The notes beneath the pieces are model-generated. The model searched no databases. It saw nothing but the letters and a program-made list of their open reading frames with translations, and was not told the origin of the DNA. DNA of 35,498 nt from an uncultured Clostridia bacterium (GTDB lineage Bacteria > Bacillota_I > Bacilli_A > RF39 > UBA660), in NCBI GenBank assembly GCA_946533175.1, contig CAMNBS010000003.1:1-35498 (forward strand), in the 5' to 3' direction. The translations under genes were made by a program, and so were the position numbers. Positions 9,172-18,625 of this stretch are shown in pieces. Each line of letters opens with the position of its first letter. Positions within the stretch are counted from its first letter, which is position 1.

Positions 9172-9220
9172 ATCATAATACAAAATATTAATAATGTCAA
9201 AAAAAAGCACATAAGTGCTT
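9172..9220 (-). promoter_or_regulatory. Terminator of the orphan gene abutting the SigA promoter of fba
   Basis: AAGCAC-ttat-GTGCTT plus a T-run leading into TTGACA-17-TATGAT. Confidence 0.65.
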
Positions 9221-10277
9221 ATTTTATATGATTATGAGAATCTAAGTTTTGCGTAATAACATTAAACTTATCCATTACTAAATCTAGTAATTGATCATAA
9301 GTATATTGTCGGTTATTAATTCTAAATGAATACTCATGAGTTGTTTCTAACATTGACTGTCCTAATTGAAATATAATATATTGAGCAAGTGGACTTAAAT
9401 CATTGAAACAAAAAGATGAACCATTATTAGTTATAGTAGTACCATTAAAAGTAAAGTCCAAAAAATCATCTAACATATTTCTAATATTACTTTTGGTTCG
9501 TGGTCTATTGTTACTATCATAAGCACCAAATACTATTTTATTACGTCTTTGGCAAAAATAATCGACAGCATTATCATCTATTGAGCCTTTAGTAAATATA
9601 CCATCAAAGGATAGAGCATGTTTCTCACCAGTTAAACTATTACCCATCAAAAAATCTGTTAATTCACCGGTATTAACAATTGTTGCTTCATTAATCATAC
9701 CTAATATTTCTTCAAATTCACTTTGACTATAAGAAGTACCTGTATTAAGACTTTGTGCAGAAGTAACTAAATTTAATGGTGCACCATAGTCTGGATCAGG
9801 ATTAGTATATTGTTCTTCTTGTCTTTGATTATTCTGTGCCATTTGTTTTGAACCACTACGACTAATAAAATGTCCGGCTGCAAAAGCTAAAACAGCTGCT
9901 GTAATAATAGCACCAACTCTACCACCAACACTTCGAAGATTAAATCCGTGTTTTTTTTCTTTTTCTTCACTAACTTCAACAGTATCTTCCTTTGGTAAAT
10001 CACGTACTATAAGAGCTTTAGAAGGACTAGATGATACCTTACTGTCCAACCCTAAAGACTTATTAATTATTTCTAGTAGCTCGTCCTTATGTTTTTCTAA
10101 TTCCTCTGGATGATCATAAAAATAATCTAATAAAACACCAAGTTTTGAAACTAAAACCTCTAATGCTTTAATTGTTTCATCTTCAGATAATTTATAAGAA
10201 CGATTATCCGCATCTTTAACAGTAATTATAGGAAAAAAATCACCTTTTTGAATTTCAATTTTTGTATACTTTGCCAT
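9219..10277 (-). CDS. Hypothetical bitopic membrane protein (orphan)
   Basis: 352-aa ORF, GGAGG RBS, single hydrophobic segment VGAIITAAVLAFAAGHFI near aa 120-138; no family recognised. Confidence 0.8.
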   Translation of the reverse strand: MAKYTKIEIQKGDFFPIITVKDADNRSYKLSEDETIKALEVLVSKLGVLLDYFYDHPEELEKHKDELLEIINKSLGLDSKVSSSPSKALIVRDLPKEDTVEVSEEKEKKHGFNLRSVGGRVGAIITAAVLAFAAGHFISRSGSKQMAQNNQRQEEQYTNPDPDYGAPLNLVTSAQSLNTGTSYSQSEFEEILGMINEATIVNTGELTDFLMGNSLTGEKHALSFDGIFTKGSIDDNAVDYFCQRRNKIVFGAYDSNNRPRTKSNIRNMLDDFLDFTFNGTTITNNGSSFCFNDLSPLAQYIIFQLGQSMLETTHEYSFRINNRQYTYDQLLDLVMDKFNVITQNLDSHNHIK

Positions 10278-10305
10278 ATATTATATCCCCTCCAAATACA
10301 AAGAT

Positions 10306-10334
10306 ATTATACTACAGTATACAATAAATGTCAA
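10306..10334 (-). promoter_or_regulatory. Perfect consensus SigA promoter of the orphan gene
   Basis: TTGACA-17-TATAAT, exact. Confidence 0.8.
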
Positions 10335-10828
10335 TTTTTCAAAAGATCATACACTAAAGAATGATATTCTACATCATCAGTTATTTTATTATCGTTAATC
10401 ATACATAATGGTGGATATAATACACACCACCAATTATCACCTAATCCTTCTCCCAACGTAATTACAAGCGATTCATATTCACCTTCCTTATATACAACTC
10501 CTCGATAGGTTTTTTTAGGAAAATAGTTCATACCATAATGTAAAGTAAAATTTTTAGTTTTATTAGAAATCATCTCATTTATTATATCTAAATTATTTTT
10601 TATTTTCTCTCTTGCATCAGAAGTACTATTAAAATCTTTAACCATATCATAAAGATCATCTTCTATTTCTTCTTTTAATTTTTTCTTTTCATATAGATCT
10701 TTAATATTATTACTATTAGCAATAATACGCATACGAATAGCATCAGTTGGTATAATTATTTCTTCCTCTTTTTGATATACTAAAACACCAATAATAATAC
10801 TAATTAATAAAAATATTCCTTTTTTCAA
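10331..10828 (-). CDS. spoIIR: Stage II sporulation protein R
   Basis: IPTDAIRMRIIANSN, YFPKKTY.GVVY..GEYESLVITLGEG.GDNWWCVLYPPLC; lies next to prmC as in Bacillus; TTG start at 10828 (GTG at 10837 also possible). Confidence 0.93.
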   Translation of the reverse strand: MKKGIFLLISIIIGVLVYQKEEEIIIPTDAIRMRIIANSNNIKDLYEKKKLKEEIEDDLYDMVKDFNSTSDAREKIKNNLDIINEMISNKTKNFTLHYGMNYFPKKTYRGVVYKEGEYESLVITLGEGLGDNWWCVLYPPLCMINDNKITDDVEYHSLVYDLLKN

Positions 10829-10847
10829 ATAAATCACCTTTCCCTAT

Positions 10848-10876
10848 CATAATGATTTATTCTTTCTTTTTTATAC
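10848..10876 (-). promoter_or_regulatory. SigF/SigG-type promoter of spoIIR
   Basis: GTATA-17-CATTATG upstream of the RBS. Confidence 0.5.
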
Positions 10877-10892
10877 AAAAAAAATACTGATA

Positions 10893-11717
10893 TTAAATAT
10901 CAATATTTCGAAATACAAAAATCATTCTATCTCTTCGTGATAAATCTTTTTTACAGATTATTTGAACATTTTCAATGTCACTAAATATTTTAATAACATC
11001 TTCTTTTTGTTCATCACCAATTTCTAAAGCTAAGAGAAACTTATCTTTAACATGATTCAATAGACCAATACGAATTTGACGATACAATGAAAGGCCATCA
11101 TCACCACCGAATAGAGCTAAATGAGGTTCATTATCATATACAATGTCTTCTATTTTCTCATCATTACGAATGTATGGCGGATTACTAATAATAACATCAT
11201 ATTTACCAGTAACATTTTGCCACATATCACTTTCAATAAATTGTACTTTTAATTGAAGATTTTCAGCATTTTTTTTAGCAACATTAAGAGCTTCTTTACT
11301 AATATCTAGTAATGTAACATTTACTTGATTTAACTTTTTTTTCAAAGTAAGACCAATAGCGCCACTACCCGTTCCTAAATCAATAATATCAATAGGATAA
11401 GGAAAATATTTATTAATAAATTTTATAGTGTTTTCTACTAATTCTTCCGTTTCAAAACGTGGTATTAAGACATTTTCATTAACTTCAAAGATATTTCCAT
11501 AAAAGTTTACATTACCTATCACATATTGAATAGGTTTATTTTCCTGCAAAAGCATTATTTTCTTCTTGTAATCAGCCACTATTTTGGAATCAACTTGTTC
11601 ATCTAATTTTAATAATAATTCTAAACTATTAACATTTAAAAGAGTTGCCAAAAGCATTTCTGCTTGTGTTTTATGAACATATTTTTTTCCATAACAAATT
11701 AATTCTTCAATGGTCAT
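10893..11717 (-). CDS. prmC: Release factor glutamine methyltransferase HemK
   Basis: [39 protein letters not shown]; ATGA overlap with prfA. Confidence 0.95.
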   Translation of the reverse strand: MTIEELICYGKKYVHKTQAEMLLATLLNVNSLELLLKLDEQVDSKIVADYKKKIMLLQENKPIQYVIGNVNFYGNIFEVNENVLIPRFETEELVENTIKFINKYFPYPIDIIDLGTGSGAIGLTLKKKLNQVNVTLLDISKEALNVAKKNAENLQLKVQFIESDMWQNVTGKYDVIISNPPYIRNDEKIEDIVYDNEPHLALFGGDDGLSLYRQIRIGLLNHVKDKFLLALEIGDEQKEDVIKIFSDIENVQIICKKDLSRRDRMIFVFRNIDI

Positions 11718-12778
11718 TGTTCAATTTCGCCCATTAGTTTTCTTTTTTGGTCTTCAGTAATTAAAGCTTCAATTAAATCTTTTAAAGCACCATTCATAAC
11801 TCGATCAAGATTATTGGTTGTATAACCAATACGATGATCAGTTACTCTATTTTGGGGATAATTATAGGTTCTTATTTTCTCACTACGATCTCCTGTACCT
11901 ATTTTACTTTTTCGTTCATTTCCAACTTTCTCATCTTGTTCACGTTGTTTAGCTTCATATAATCTTGCTCTTAATACTCGCATAGCCTGTTCTTTATTTT
12001 GAATTTGACTACGTTCATTTTGACAAGTAACAACAGTATTTGTTGGTAAGTGAGTTATTCGAACAGCACTAGGTGTTGTGTTAACCCCTTGTCCACCATG
12101 TCCACTAGCACAATATACATCTATTCTTAAATCATTAGGATTAATTTCAATATTAACATCCTCTACTTCTGGCATAACCAAAACTGTTGCTGTTGATGTT
12201 TGAATACGTCCATTAGCCTCAGTTACCGGTACTCTCTGCACACGATGTGATCCATTTTCGTACTTTAATTTCGAATATGCATTTGCACCTTTAACAATAA
12301 ATTCAATTTGAGAAAATCCCCCAGCTACTCCTTCGGTATAATCAACTATTTCAATCTTAAATCCTTCATTTTCACAGTATTTTTGATACATACGAAATAA
12401 ATCTCCAGCAAAGATATTAGCTTCATCTCCTCCAGCAGCACCTCTTATCTCCATTACAACATTTTTACCATCATTTTCATCTTTGGGCAGTAATAGTACT
12501 TTAAGTTCATCCTCTAATTCATTTTGCAATTTTTCTAATTCACTTAACTCTTCTTTAGCCATTAAAGAAAGTTCTGGATCATGAAGCATTTCTTTTGCTT
12601 CATTAATATCACTTAATACTTTTTTATATTTGCGATAAGTATTAACTGTTTCTTCCAAATTAGATAATTCGATAGATAATTCACGTGAACGTTTAACATC
12701 CTGAATAACATCATTTTGCATCAAAAGATTATTAATTTCTTCATATCTTTTTTCTATTAAGTCTAATCTTTCTATCAT
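11714..12778 (-). CDS. prfA: Peptide chain release factor 1
   Basis: [21 protein letters not shown] (PxT), GGQ motif, [14 protein letters not shown]. Confidence 0.97.
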   Translation of the reverse strand: MIERLDLIEKRYEEINNLLMQNDVIQDVKRSRELSIELSNLEETVNTYRKYKKVLSDINEAKEMLHDPELSLMAKEELSELEKLQNELEDELKVLLLPKDENDGKNVVMEIRGAAGGDEANIFAGDLFRMYQKYCENEGFKIEIVDYTEGVAGGFSQIEFIVKGANAYSKLKYENGSHRVQRVPVTEANGRIQTSTATVLVMPEVEDVNIEINPNDLRIDVYCASGHGGQGVNTTPSAVRITHLPTNTVVTCQNERSQIQNKEQAMRVLRARLYEAKQREQDEKVGNERKSKIGTGDRSEKIRTYNYPQNRVTDHRIGYTTNNLDRVMNGALKDLIEALITEDQKRKLMGEIEQ

Positions 12779-12792
12779 AGAAACCTCTTTCC

Positions 12793-13233
12793 TTATTCGT
12801 TATCTAAGTTCATTTCATCTTCATCTAAAACAACTAAATCCGAAAGACCATCATCATTGTCTTCTTCATAGCTAGAGTCATCATCAATACTATCTTCATC
12901 AAAGTTTTCTTCCTCTTCAAAAGAATCATCCGTTTCCTCAAAAGATTCTTCTTCTTCCTCTTCATCAGTAATACTAGATAATACTTTATCAGAAGTATGA
13001 CGATTTCTTAGATCCCATAAACCATCAACTAATAGAAAACGTTTATCAGTTGTTAAAGATGTATAATAATCACCTATTTTACTATCAATTGTACTACTAG
13101 GTAATTCTAATAGTGAAACAATCTTTGTAAATAAATCTAATGTATTAATTCCACTCTTTTCTTTTTCTAGAATTAAATATGTTATGTCTTTATAAGATAA
13201 ATCTTTAATATCCTCTTTTTTTAATTCTTTCAT
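12793..13233 (-). CDS. rpoE: RNA polymerase delta subunit
   Basis: [24 protein letters not shown]...GLWDLR, long acidic C-terminal tail; start set at MKELK. Confidence 0.85.
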   Translation of the reverse strand: MKELKKEDIKDLSYKDITYLILEKEKSGINTLDLFTKIVSLLELPSSTIDSKIGDYYTSLTTDKRFLLVDGLWDLRNRHTSDKVLSSITDEEEEEESFEETDDSFEEEENFDEDSIDDDSSYEEDNDDGLSDLVVLDEDEMNLDNE

Positions 13234-13301
13234 TTTCCACCAATCTTTCTTGTTTATCATAAAACTTATATCATTTTTTATTCATAAAATCAATAATTAT
13301 T

Positions 13302-13643
13302 TTAAAAGTTCACATAATATTCATTATAAATATTCTCATCTTCTAATTGATATCTTACTAAAAAACTATTTTTATTTTTTTCAATTAAAAGAGTTTTCAT
13401 ACTTTTATTAAAACTTTTCTTTAATTTTTTAATTTGAATATCAATAGAATTATTAACAAAATCCAGAAAAAAAATATAATCATTATTTTCTCTTTTGATT
13501 GAATTATTAATCATATCAATTATCATAATATTATTTTCTGAATCAATATATTTTATTACATCATCATTTTTTATTGCTAATATTTCTTCAATTTCTTGAT
13601 GTCCATTCATATCTTTAACTACACGAATTTGTCTTCTCTCCAT
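13302..13643 (-). CDS. Small beta-rich protein, DUF1934/YwiB-like
   Basis: 113 aa, beta-strand pattern; sits between pbpG-like and rpoE as ywiB does in Bacilli; similarity is weak. Confidence 0.5.
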   Translation of the reverse strand: MERRQIRVVKDMNGHQEIEEILAIKNDDVIKYIDSENNIMIIDMINNSIKRENNDYIFFLDFVNNSIDIQIKKLKKSFNKSMKTLLIEKNKNSFLVRYQLEDENIYNEYYVNF

Positions 13644-13687
13644 AACATCACGCGAATGATTATAACATATTTTTTAAATAAATCAAT

Positions 13688-13716
13688 ACATATTGATAAA
13701 ATTATTTTCCATAATA
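13688..13716 (+). promoter_or_regulatory. Sporulation-sigma-type promoter of the PBP gene
   Basis: ACATA-17-CATAATA. Confidence 0.45.
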
Positions 13717-13731
13717 ACAATTGGTGAGAAA

Positions 13732-15678
13732 ATGAAAATTAAAAGACTTATTTTTAAATATTTTTGCATTATTATTTTTCTTATGATTTTCACGATTAAT
13801 GCTTTATATTTTTATGCTAAATTAAAGCCTAAACTAGATATTAAAAATGTAAATAGTTTTTATTTATATGATATAAAAGAAAATCTCTATTTCAAAGGTA
13901 GTGATGGGAAAGAATGGGTAAATATTAATGACATTAGTCCATATCTTATAGAAGCAACTTTAAATATTGAAGATAAAAAATTTTATGAACATCATGGTTT
14001 TGATATTTTAAGAATTGGGAAAGCTTTTTTTAATAACATTAAAGCAGGTCGTATTGTTGAAGGAGCATCAACAATAACCCAACAATATGCTAAAAATCTA
14101 TATTTAAACTTTGACAAAACAGTGGAAAGAAAATTAGATGAATTATGGTATACTATTCAAATTGAAACTCATTATACAAAAGATGAAATATTAGAAGGAT
14201 ACTTAAATACTATTAATTATGGACATGGATGTTTTGGCATAAAAGCTGCTAGTAACTTTTATTTTAATAAAGATCCAATTGATTTATCATTAGCTGAAGC
14301 TACAGTTCTGGCAACAATTCCTAAATCTCCAAATAATTATTCCCCAATTAATAATTACGAATTATCTAAAAAGAGAAAAGAAAGAACTCTAAAAAACCTA
14401 TTAAATGATAACCTAATAACAAATGATGAATATCAAAAAGCTTTAGAAGAAGAAATAAAACTCTATGGAAAAAAAGAAAAAATAAATCTTCAAACTTTAA
14501 TGTATTATGAAGATGCTGTTTTTAAAGAACTAAAAAACTTACCTGGTATTCCTTCAACATACCTAACAACCGGTGGTCTTAAAATTTATACTAATTTAGA
14601 TATTAAGGCACAAACTAATTTAGAAGAAAGTATACAAAAAAATATTAAAAATGACGAATTACAGGTGAATAGCATAATGATGGAACCACAAACTGGTAAA
14701 ATAATAGCTTTAGTAGGAGGAAGAGATTATAATAAAAGTCAATATAATCGATCTTTATCGTCATATCGACAGGTAGGATCAACTATGAAACCAATCTTAT
14801 ATTATACCGCTCTTGCCAATGGATTTACTGCTTCAAGTTCATTTATTTCGGAAAAAACAACTTTTACAGTTGCCAACAACAAAACTTATTCACCAAAGAA
14901 TTATGGTGATATATATGGTAATAAATCTATATCTATGGCGGCAGCTATTGCCCTATCCGATAATGTATATGCTATTAAAACGCATCTTTTTTTAGGAGAA
15001 GAACAGATGATTGAAACAGCATATCTCATGGGAATAAAATCTAAACTCGAAAAAATTCCTTCTTTGCCTTTAGGAACTAATGAACTAAACATTATTGAAA
15101 TAACAAATGCTTACGCTACACTAGCTAGTGGTGGAATAAGAAATGAACCATACTTTATTGAAAAAGTTTGCGACATGAACGATAATATTCTATATGAACA
15201 TAAAGATACTTCTCAAATAGTTCTTGACTATAATTATGTTTATATTTTAAATGATATGCTTTCACTTACCTATGATTATGACATGATTGATTATTCATAT
15301 CCCACGAACATTGCAATTAATGCACTATTATCACATAAATACGCTGTAAAATCTGGTTCGACAGAAACCGATAATTGGATAATTGGCTTCAATAAAAATA
15401 TTGTAACAAGTGTATGGGTTGGTTACGACGATAATAAAGAACTAAATACTAATGACTATAAATATGTAAAAAAGATATGGGCTAATACGATGGAAAGTTA
15501 TCTGGATGATAAAGATAATACATGGTATGAAAAACCCGACAATGTCGTAGGTGTTTTTGTAAATCCTATAACAGGGGAATTAGCAGATGGTAAAACCACC
15601 AAAAGAAAGATTTTTTACTATCTCAAAGGCAGTGAACCATTAAATTTACAAAATGTTTTTCAGGAAATGATTGAATAA
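13732..15678 (+). CDS. Class A penicillin-binding protein (PbpG/YwhE-like, transglycosylase plus transpeptidase)
   Basis: EDKKFYEHHG, GASTITQQYAKN, YLNTINYG; SxxK (STMK), SxN (SDN) and KSG motifs; start set at MKIKR. Confidence 0.9.
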   Translation: MKIKRLIFKYFCIIIFLMIFTINALYFYAKLKPKLDIKNVNSFYLYDIKENLYFKGSDGKEWVNINDISPYLIEATLNIEDKKFYEHHGFDILRIGKAFFNNIKAGRIVEGASTITQQYAKNLYLNFDKTVERKLDELWYTIQIETHYTKDEILEGYLNTINYGHGCFGIKAASNFYFNKDPIDLSLAEATVLATIPKSPNNYSPINNYELSKKRKERTLKNLLNDNLITNDEYQKALEEEIKLYGKKEKINLQTLMYYEDAVFKELKNLPGIPSTYLTTGGLKIYTNLDIKAQTNLEESIQKNIKNDELQVNSIMMEPQTGKIIALVGGRDYNKSQYNRSLSSYRQVGSTMKPILYYTALANGFTASSSFISEKTTFTVANNKTYSPKNYGDIYGNKSISMAAAIALSDNVYAIKTHLFLGEEQMIETAYLMGIKSKLEKIPSLPLGTNELNIIEITNAYATLASGGIRNEPYFIEKVCDMNDNILYEHKDTSQIVLDYNYVYILNDMLSLTYDYDMIDYSYPTNIAINALLSHKYAVKSGSTETDNWIIGFNKNIVTSVWVGYDDNKELNTNDYKYVKKIWANTMESYLDDKDNTWYEKPDNVVGVFVNPITGELADGKTTKRKIFYYLKGSEPLNLQNVFQEMIE

Positions 15679-15705
15679 AAAAAATATCCTAAAGATATTC
15701 TTTTA
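15676..15705. terminator. Probable bidirectional terminator between the convergent pbp and pduL genes
   Basis: AATATC-ctaaa-GATATT flanked by A and T runs. Confidence 0.5.
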
Positions 15706-16263
15706 TAACAAAATCTCCACTTCATCACCTTGATGAAGAAGAAAACCATTTGCATCATCGGTATCTAAATGTAATTCAAAATAAGCTTCATCAGTGTCTT
15801 TCAAATATACATTTTCCATAATTCCGCCCTTTTCTCCCCCTATTTTGACAGAAACTTTTTCAATTCCTTCCAATTTATGTTCTTTTCGAATATTTTTATC
15901 AACATGAATATGTCTTGTTGCTATAATGCATACATTCTTAGTAATAGAGCCATTTGGACCAATAATTGTTATTTTTGAAGCCATCGATAAATCACCAGAA
16001 TTACGTACTGGCGGATCTACTCCTAAGTAATAAGCGTCTGTCTTAGAAATCTCTACCTGAGTATATTCTCTATTAGGACCTAATACTCGAACATTTTCTA
16101 TTGTTCTTTTTTCACCCTTAATGGTAACTGTTTCATTACAAGCATATGTTTTAGGCTGTGTTAAATCGTTTCGTTTAGTTAACGGAATACTTCCAAATAA
16201 TATATGATAATCAGCATTATTTAGATGAACATGACGATTAGAAATACCTACTTTTACATTCAT
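15703..16263 (-). CDS. pduL: PduL-family phosphotransacylase without an encapsulation peptide
   Basis: GISNRHVHL, LTQP..YA, VRVLGP.R..TQVEISKTD, RHIH, ELHLDTDDAN. Confidence 0.92.
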   Translation of the reverse strand: MNVKVGISNRHVHLNNADYHILFGSIPLTKRNDLTQPKTYACNETVTIKGEKRTIENVRVLGPNREYTQVEISKTDAYYLGVDPPVRNSGDLSMASKITIIGPNGSITKNVCIIATRHIHVDKNIRKEHKLEGIEKVSVKIGGEKGGIMENVYLKDTDEAYFELHLDTDDANGFLLHQGDEVEILL

Positions 16264-16298
16264 TAATTTTCACCTCAAATCAATTATACACAAATTAG

Positions 16299-16326
16299 TT
16301 ATATTTTAAAAGATTATTCATAAAAT
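16299..16326 (+). promoter_or_regulatory. SigE-type promoter of gerQ
   Basis: TTATATT...CATAAAAT upstream of the GAGGTG RBS; spacing about 1 nt short of consensus. Confidence 0.4.
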
Positions 16327-16342
16327 TCAATGAGGTGAACGA

Positions 16343-16630
16343 ATGAATAATAATCTATATAATAATCCCAATTTCATGCCAAATCAAAATATGATAAATT
16401 ATAATAGTTATCAACAAAATTATGTAGAAGATTACTTAAAACGAAATATTAACCATCAAATCGAAGCTCATGTATCATTTTCAGATTCTATTGAATGGAG
16501 AGATAGCGTTTTTACTGGCATTTTAGAAGATGTAGGTAAAGACTATATTGTTATTCTTAATAATCAGAAAAAATATGTTATTTGGAGTGTATATATTAAT
16601 TACATTATTTTAGGTAATCAACAAGTTTAA
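16343..16630 (+). CDS. gerQ: Spore coat protein GerQ (YwdL)
   Basis: Q/N-rich N-terminus, then YVEDYLKRN...SFSDS.EW...FTGILE..GKDYIV, matching GerQ SYIENILRLN..TF....W..K.F.G..E.AGRDHII. Confidence 0.82.
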   Translation: MNNNLYNNPNFMPNQNMINYNSYQQNYVEDYLKRNINHQIEAHVSFSDSIEWRDSVFTGILEDVGKDYIVILNNQKKYVIWSVYINYIILGNQQV

Positions 16631-16678
16631 AATATTTGATTATTGCCAAAAAAATGATATAATAATCATGGTGATAAT

Positions 16679-17215
16679 ATGAAAATATGGGTTATAATTT
16701 GTATATTAATTGCACTTTTAGGTATAATAGCAATTATTATGATCATTGAATATCATAAATATCAATGGTTAATTACCAAATTAAATAAAGGAGAAAATAA
16801 ATTACATAAATCTTTGGAAAATAAACACCAAATACTCTTAAATTATTTAGCATTTTTAAAAGACAATATTTCTCTTCCAAATACTGAATTTGATGAATAT
16901 CAATTAATAAATAATAACATATCTCTACTAGAGTTTGATAAATTAGTTACTAACTTTGATAACCAAATTAAAACATATATAAATGATAATGAAAAACTGT
17001 TGAAAAAAGAAGAATTAATTACTATTAATAAGAATTTAGAAGAAGCTAATTCAAGCATACAAGGATATAAAAAGTATTATAATGAAAACATTTCAACATA
17101 TAATAATTTATTAAAATCTTTCCCAACAAACATTGTTGGAAAAATATTTAAATATCAAACAAAAGATTATTTAGAAGAACAAACTGATGAACATTTCAAA
17201 ATATTAGATGAATAG
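16679..17215 (+). CDS. LemA family protein, diverged
   Basis: N-terminal TM, helical body, C-terminal YNENISTYN..LKSFPTNIVGKIF. Confidence 0.75.
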   Translation: MKIWVIICILIALLGIIAIIMIIEYHKYQWLITKLNKGENKLHKSLENKHQILLNYLAFLKDNISLPNTEFDEYQLINNNISLLEFDKLVTNFDNQIKTYINDNEKLLKKEELITINKNLEEANSSIQGYKKYYNENISTYNNLLKSFPTNIVGKIFKYQTKDYLEEQTDEHFKILDE

Positions 17216-17230
17216 TTCATCTTTTTTTAT

Positions 17231-17263
17231 AAAAAAAACTAAGAATCAATAAATTCTTAGTTA
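17231..17263 (-). terminator. Terminator of cdaA-cdaR
   Basis: AACTAAGAAT-caataa-ATTCTTAGTT with an A-run. Confidence 0.7.
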
Positions 17264-18625
17264 TTTTTTAGTTATTGTTACTTTAACCTTCGTTGTTTTT
17301 GGTTCATAGCTTAATCTAACATCTTCACCACCAGCAACGACATCAACTTCATATTCACCTGGTGATGTATATTTGGTTAAATCAATTGAAGCAGTAATCT
17401 TACTTGAGTCAAGATTTTTTAAAGCTTCTTCACTACCCTTGACAATAACCGATGTTATAACATCTTCTTTAGATGCCGTAGTAACGGATAAGTTTGGATT
17501 AAGATTCTGATGAATAATACGTATATCTGGTATTTCAACTTGTGACTCTTTAGTTACTTTTAAATCAACTGTTACTGTTTTAAGACTTAAATCACGAACA
17601 CCCGTAGGTTTTTCAATATTAACTGAATATGTTTTATTTTCGCTAACTCCATTAATGTCAACATATACCGGAATAAATTCTATTTTAGCAAGATTTTCTT
17701 CGCTACCATAAACATCAATTGAATTTGAACTTGGTGTTAAGGCACTAATAGCATATCCAAGAGCTAATTTTGTTCCATTAAGTGGCATTACTTTAATAGG
17801 AACTGTTTTACTTGATGAAGATAATGTAAGCTCGGCATCAACAGTTTTTGGTAGTATCTCAACATCAACAACTTTTCCATCATTATCATAAGCTACTAAA
17901 TTACAATTTTTTAATGATACTTGTCCAGCTTTTGGACTAACTAAATTATTTAAATCAATTAAAGCTTTAACATAACCTACTTTAGCGAGTGTTTGCTCAT
18001 TTCCTTTAATTGTTACTTCTGTCTTACTAAGTGTAACATCAGTAATATCAAGTTTACTATCTAAACTCTCACGATGTAATATTTCATAATTAATTTCTCT
18101 TGTACCACTAACTTTATCATATATAACAACGGTAACATAACTTGGATCAATCGTATAATCAATAAAACTAAAAGATTGACTATATTTTAATTGAACTTTG
18201 TGCGTTCCAACAGATAATTCACGCAAATCAACACTTATTCCTTTGGTAGGATATTGTTTAGCTAAATATATATTTGACTTATTACCAACTAAAACAACAT
18301 CAGCTGTTTTTGGAAGACCTTCAATAACATAAGCTTCTTCATTATAAATAGCTTTAACTGGCTCACCATATAATCGTTCAGCATAACTATTCATCATAAT
18401 ACTAGAATCTTTATCTAATTTATAAAAAGCCAAAAAAGCAATTAATAAAGAAATAATTAATAATGAACTTTTATTAGTTAAAAAATTTTCTAAACCTTTT
18501 CCACTATTTTTAAAGAAATCCGTTATTTTTAATACTAATTTCATTACTGGGGTAACTAAAATTCGATCAAAGAATAAGATTATTTTACCGATGAATTTGC
18601 ATATTTTTTTAATTAATTTCTTCAT
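17261..18625 (-). CDS. cdaR: CdaR (YbbR-domain) regulator of diadenylate cyclase
   Basis: TM helix followed by repeated YbbR-like beta domains; start overlaps the cdaA 3' end. Confidence 0.85.
   Translation of the reverse strand: MKKLIKKICKFIGKIILFFDRILVTPVMKLVLKITDFFKNSGKGLENFLTNKSSLLIISLLIAFLAFYKLDKDSSIMMNSYAERLYGEPVKAIYNEEAYVIEGLPKTADVVLVGNKSNIYLAKQYPTKGISVDLRELSVGTHKVQLKYSQSFSFIDYTIDPSYVTVVIYDKVSGTREINYEILHRESLDSKLDITDVTLSKTEVTIKGNEQTLAKVGYVKALIDLNNLVSPKAGQVSLKNCNLVAYDNDGKVVDVEILPKTVDAELTLSSSSKTVPIKVMPLNGTKLALGYAISALTPSSNSIDVYGSEENLAKIEFIPVYVDINGVSENKTYSVNIEKPTGVRDLSLKTVTVDLKVTKESQVEIPDIRIIHQNLNPNLSVTTASKEDVITSVIVKGSEEALKNLDSSKITASIDLTKYTSPGEYEVDVVAGGEDVRLSYEPKTTKVKVTITKK

Noticed and set aside
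14813-15092. Short ORFs inside the PBP gene
   Set aside because: Fully nested in a well-supported CDS; no coding signals
15703-16263. Bacterial microcompartment locus suggested by pduL
   Set aside because: No shell proteins, signature enzymes or encapsulation peptide in the window
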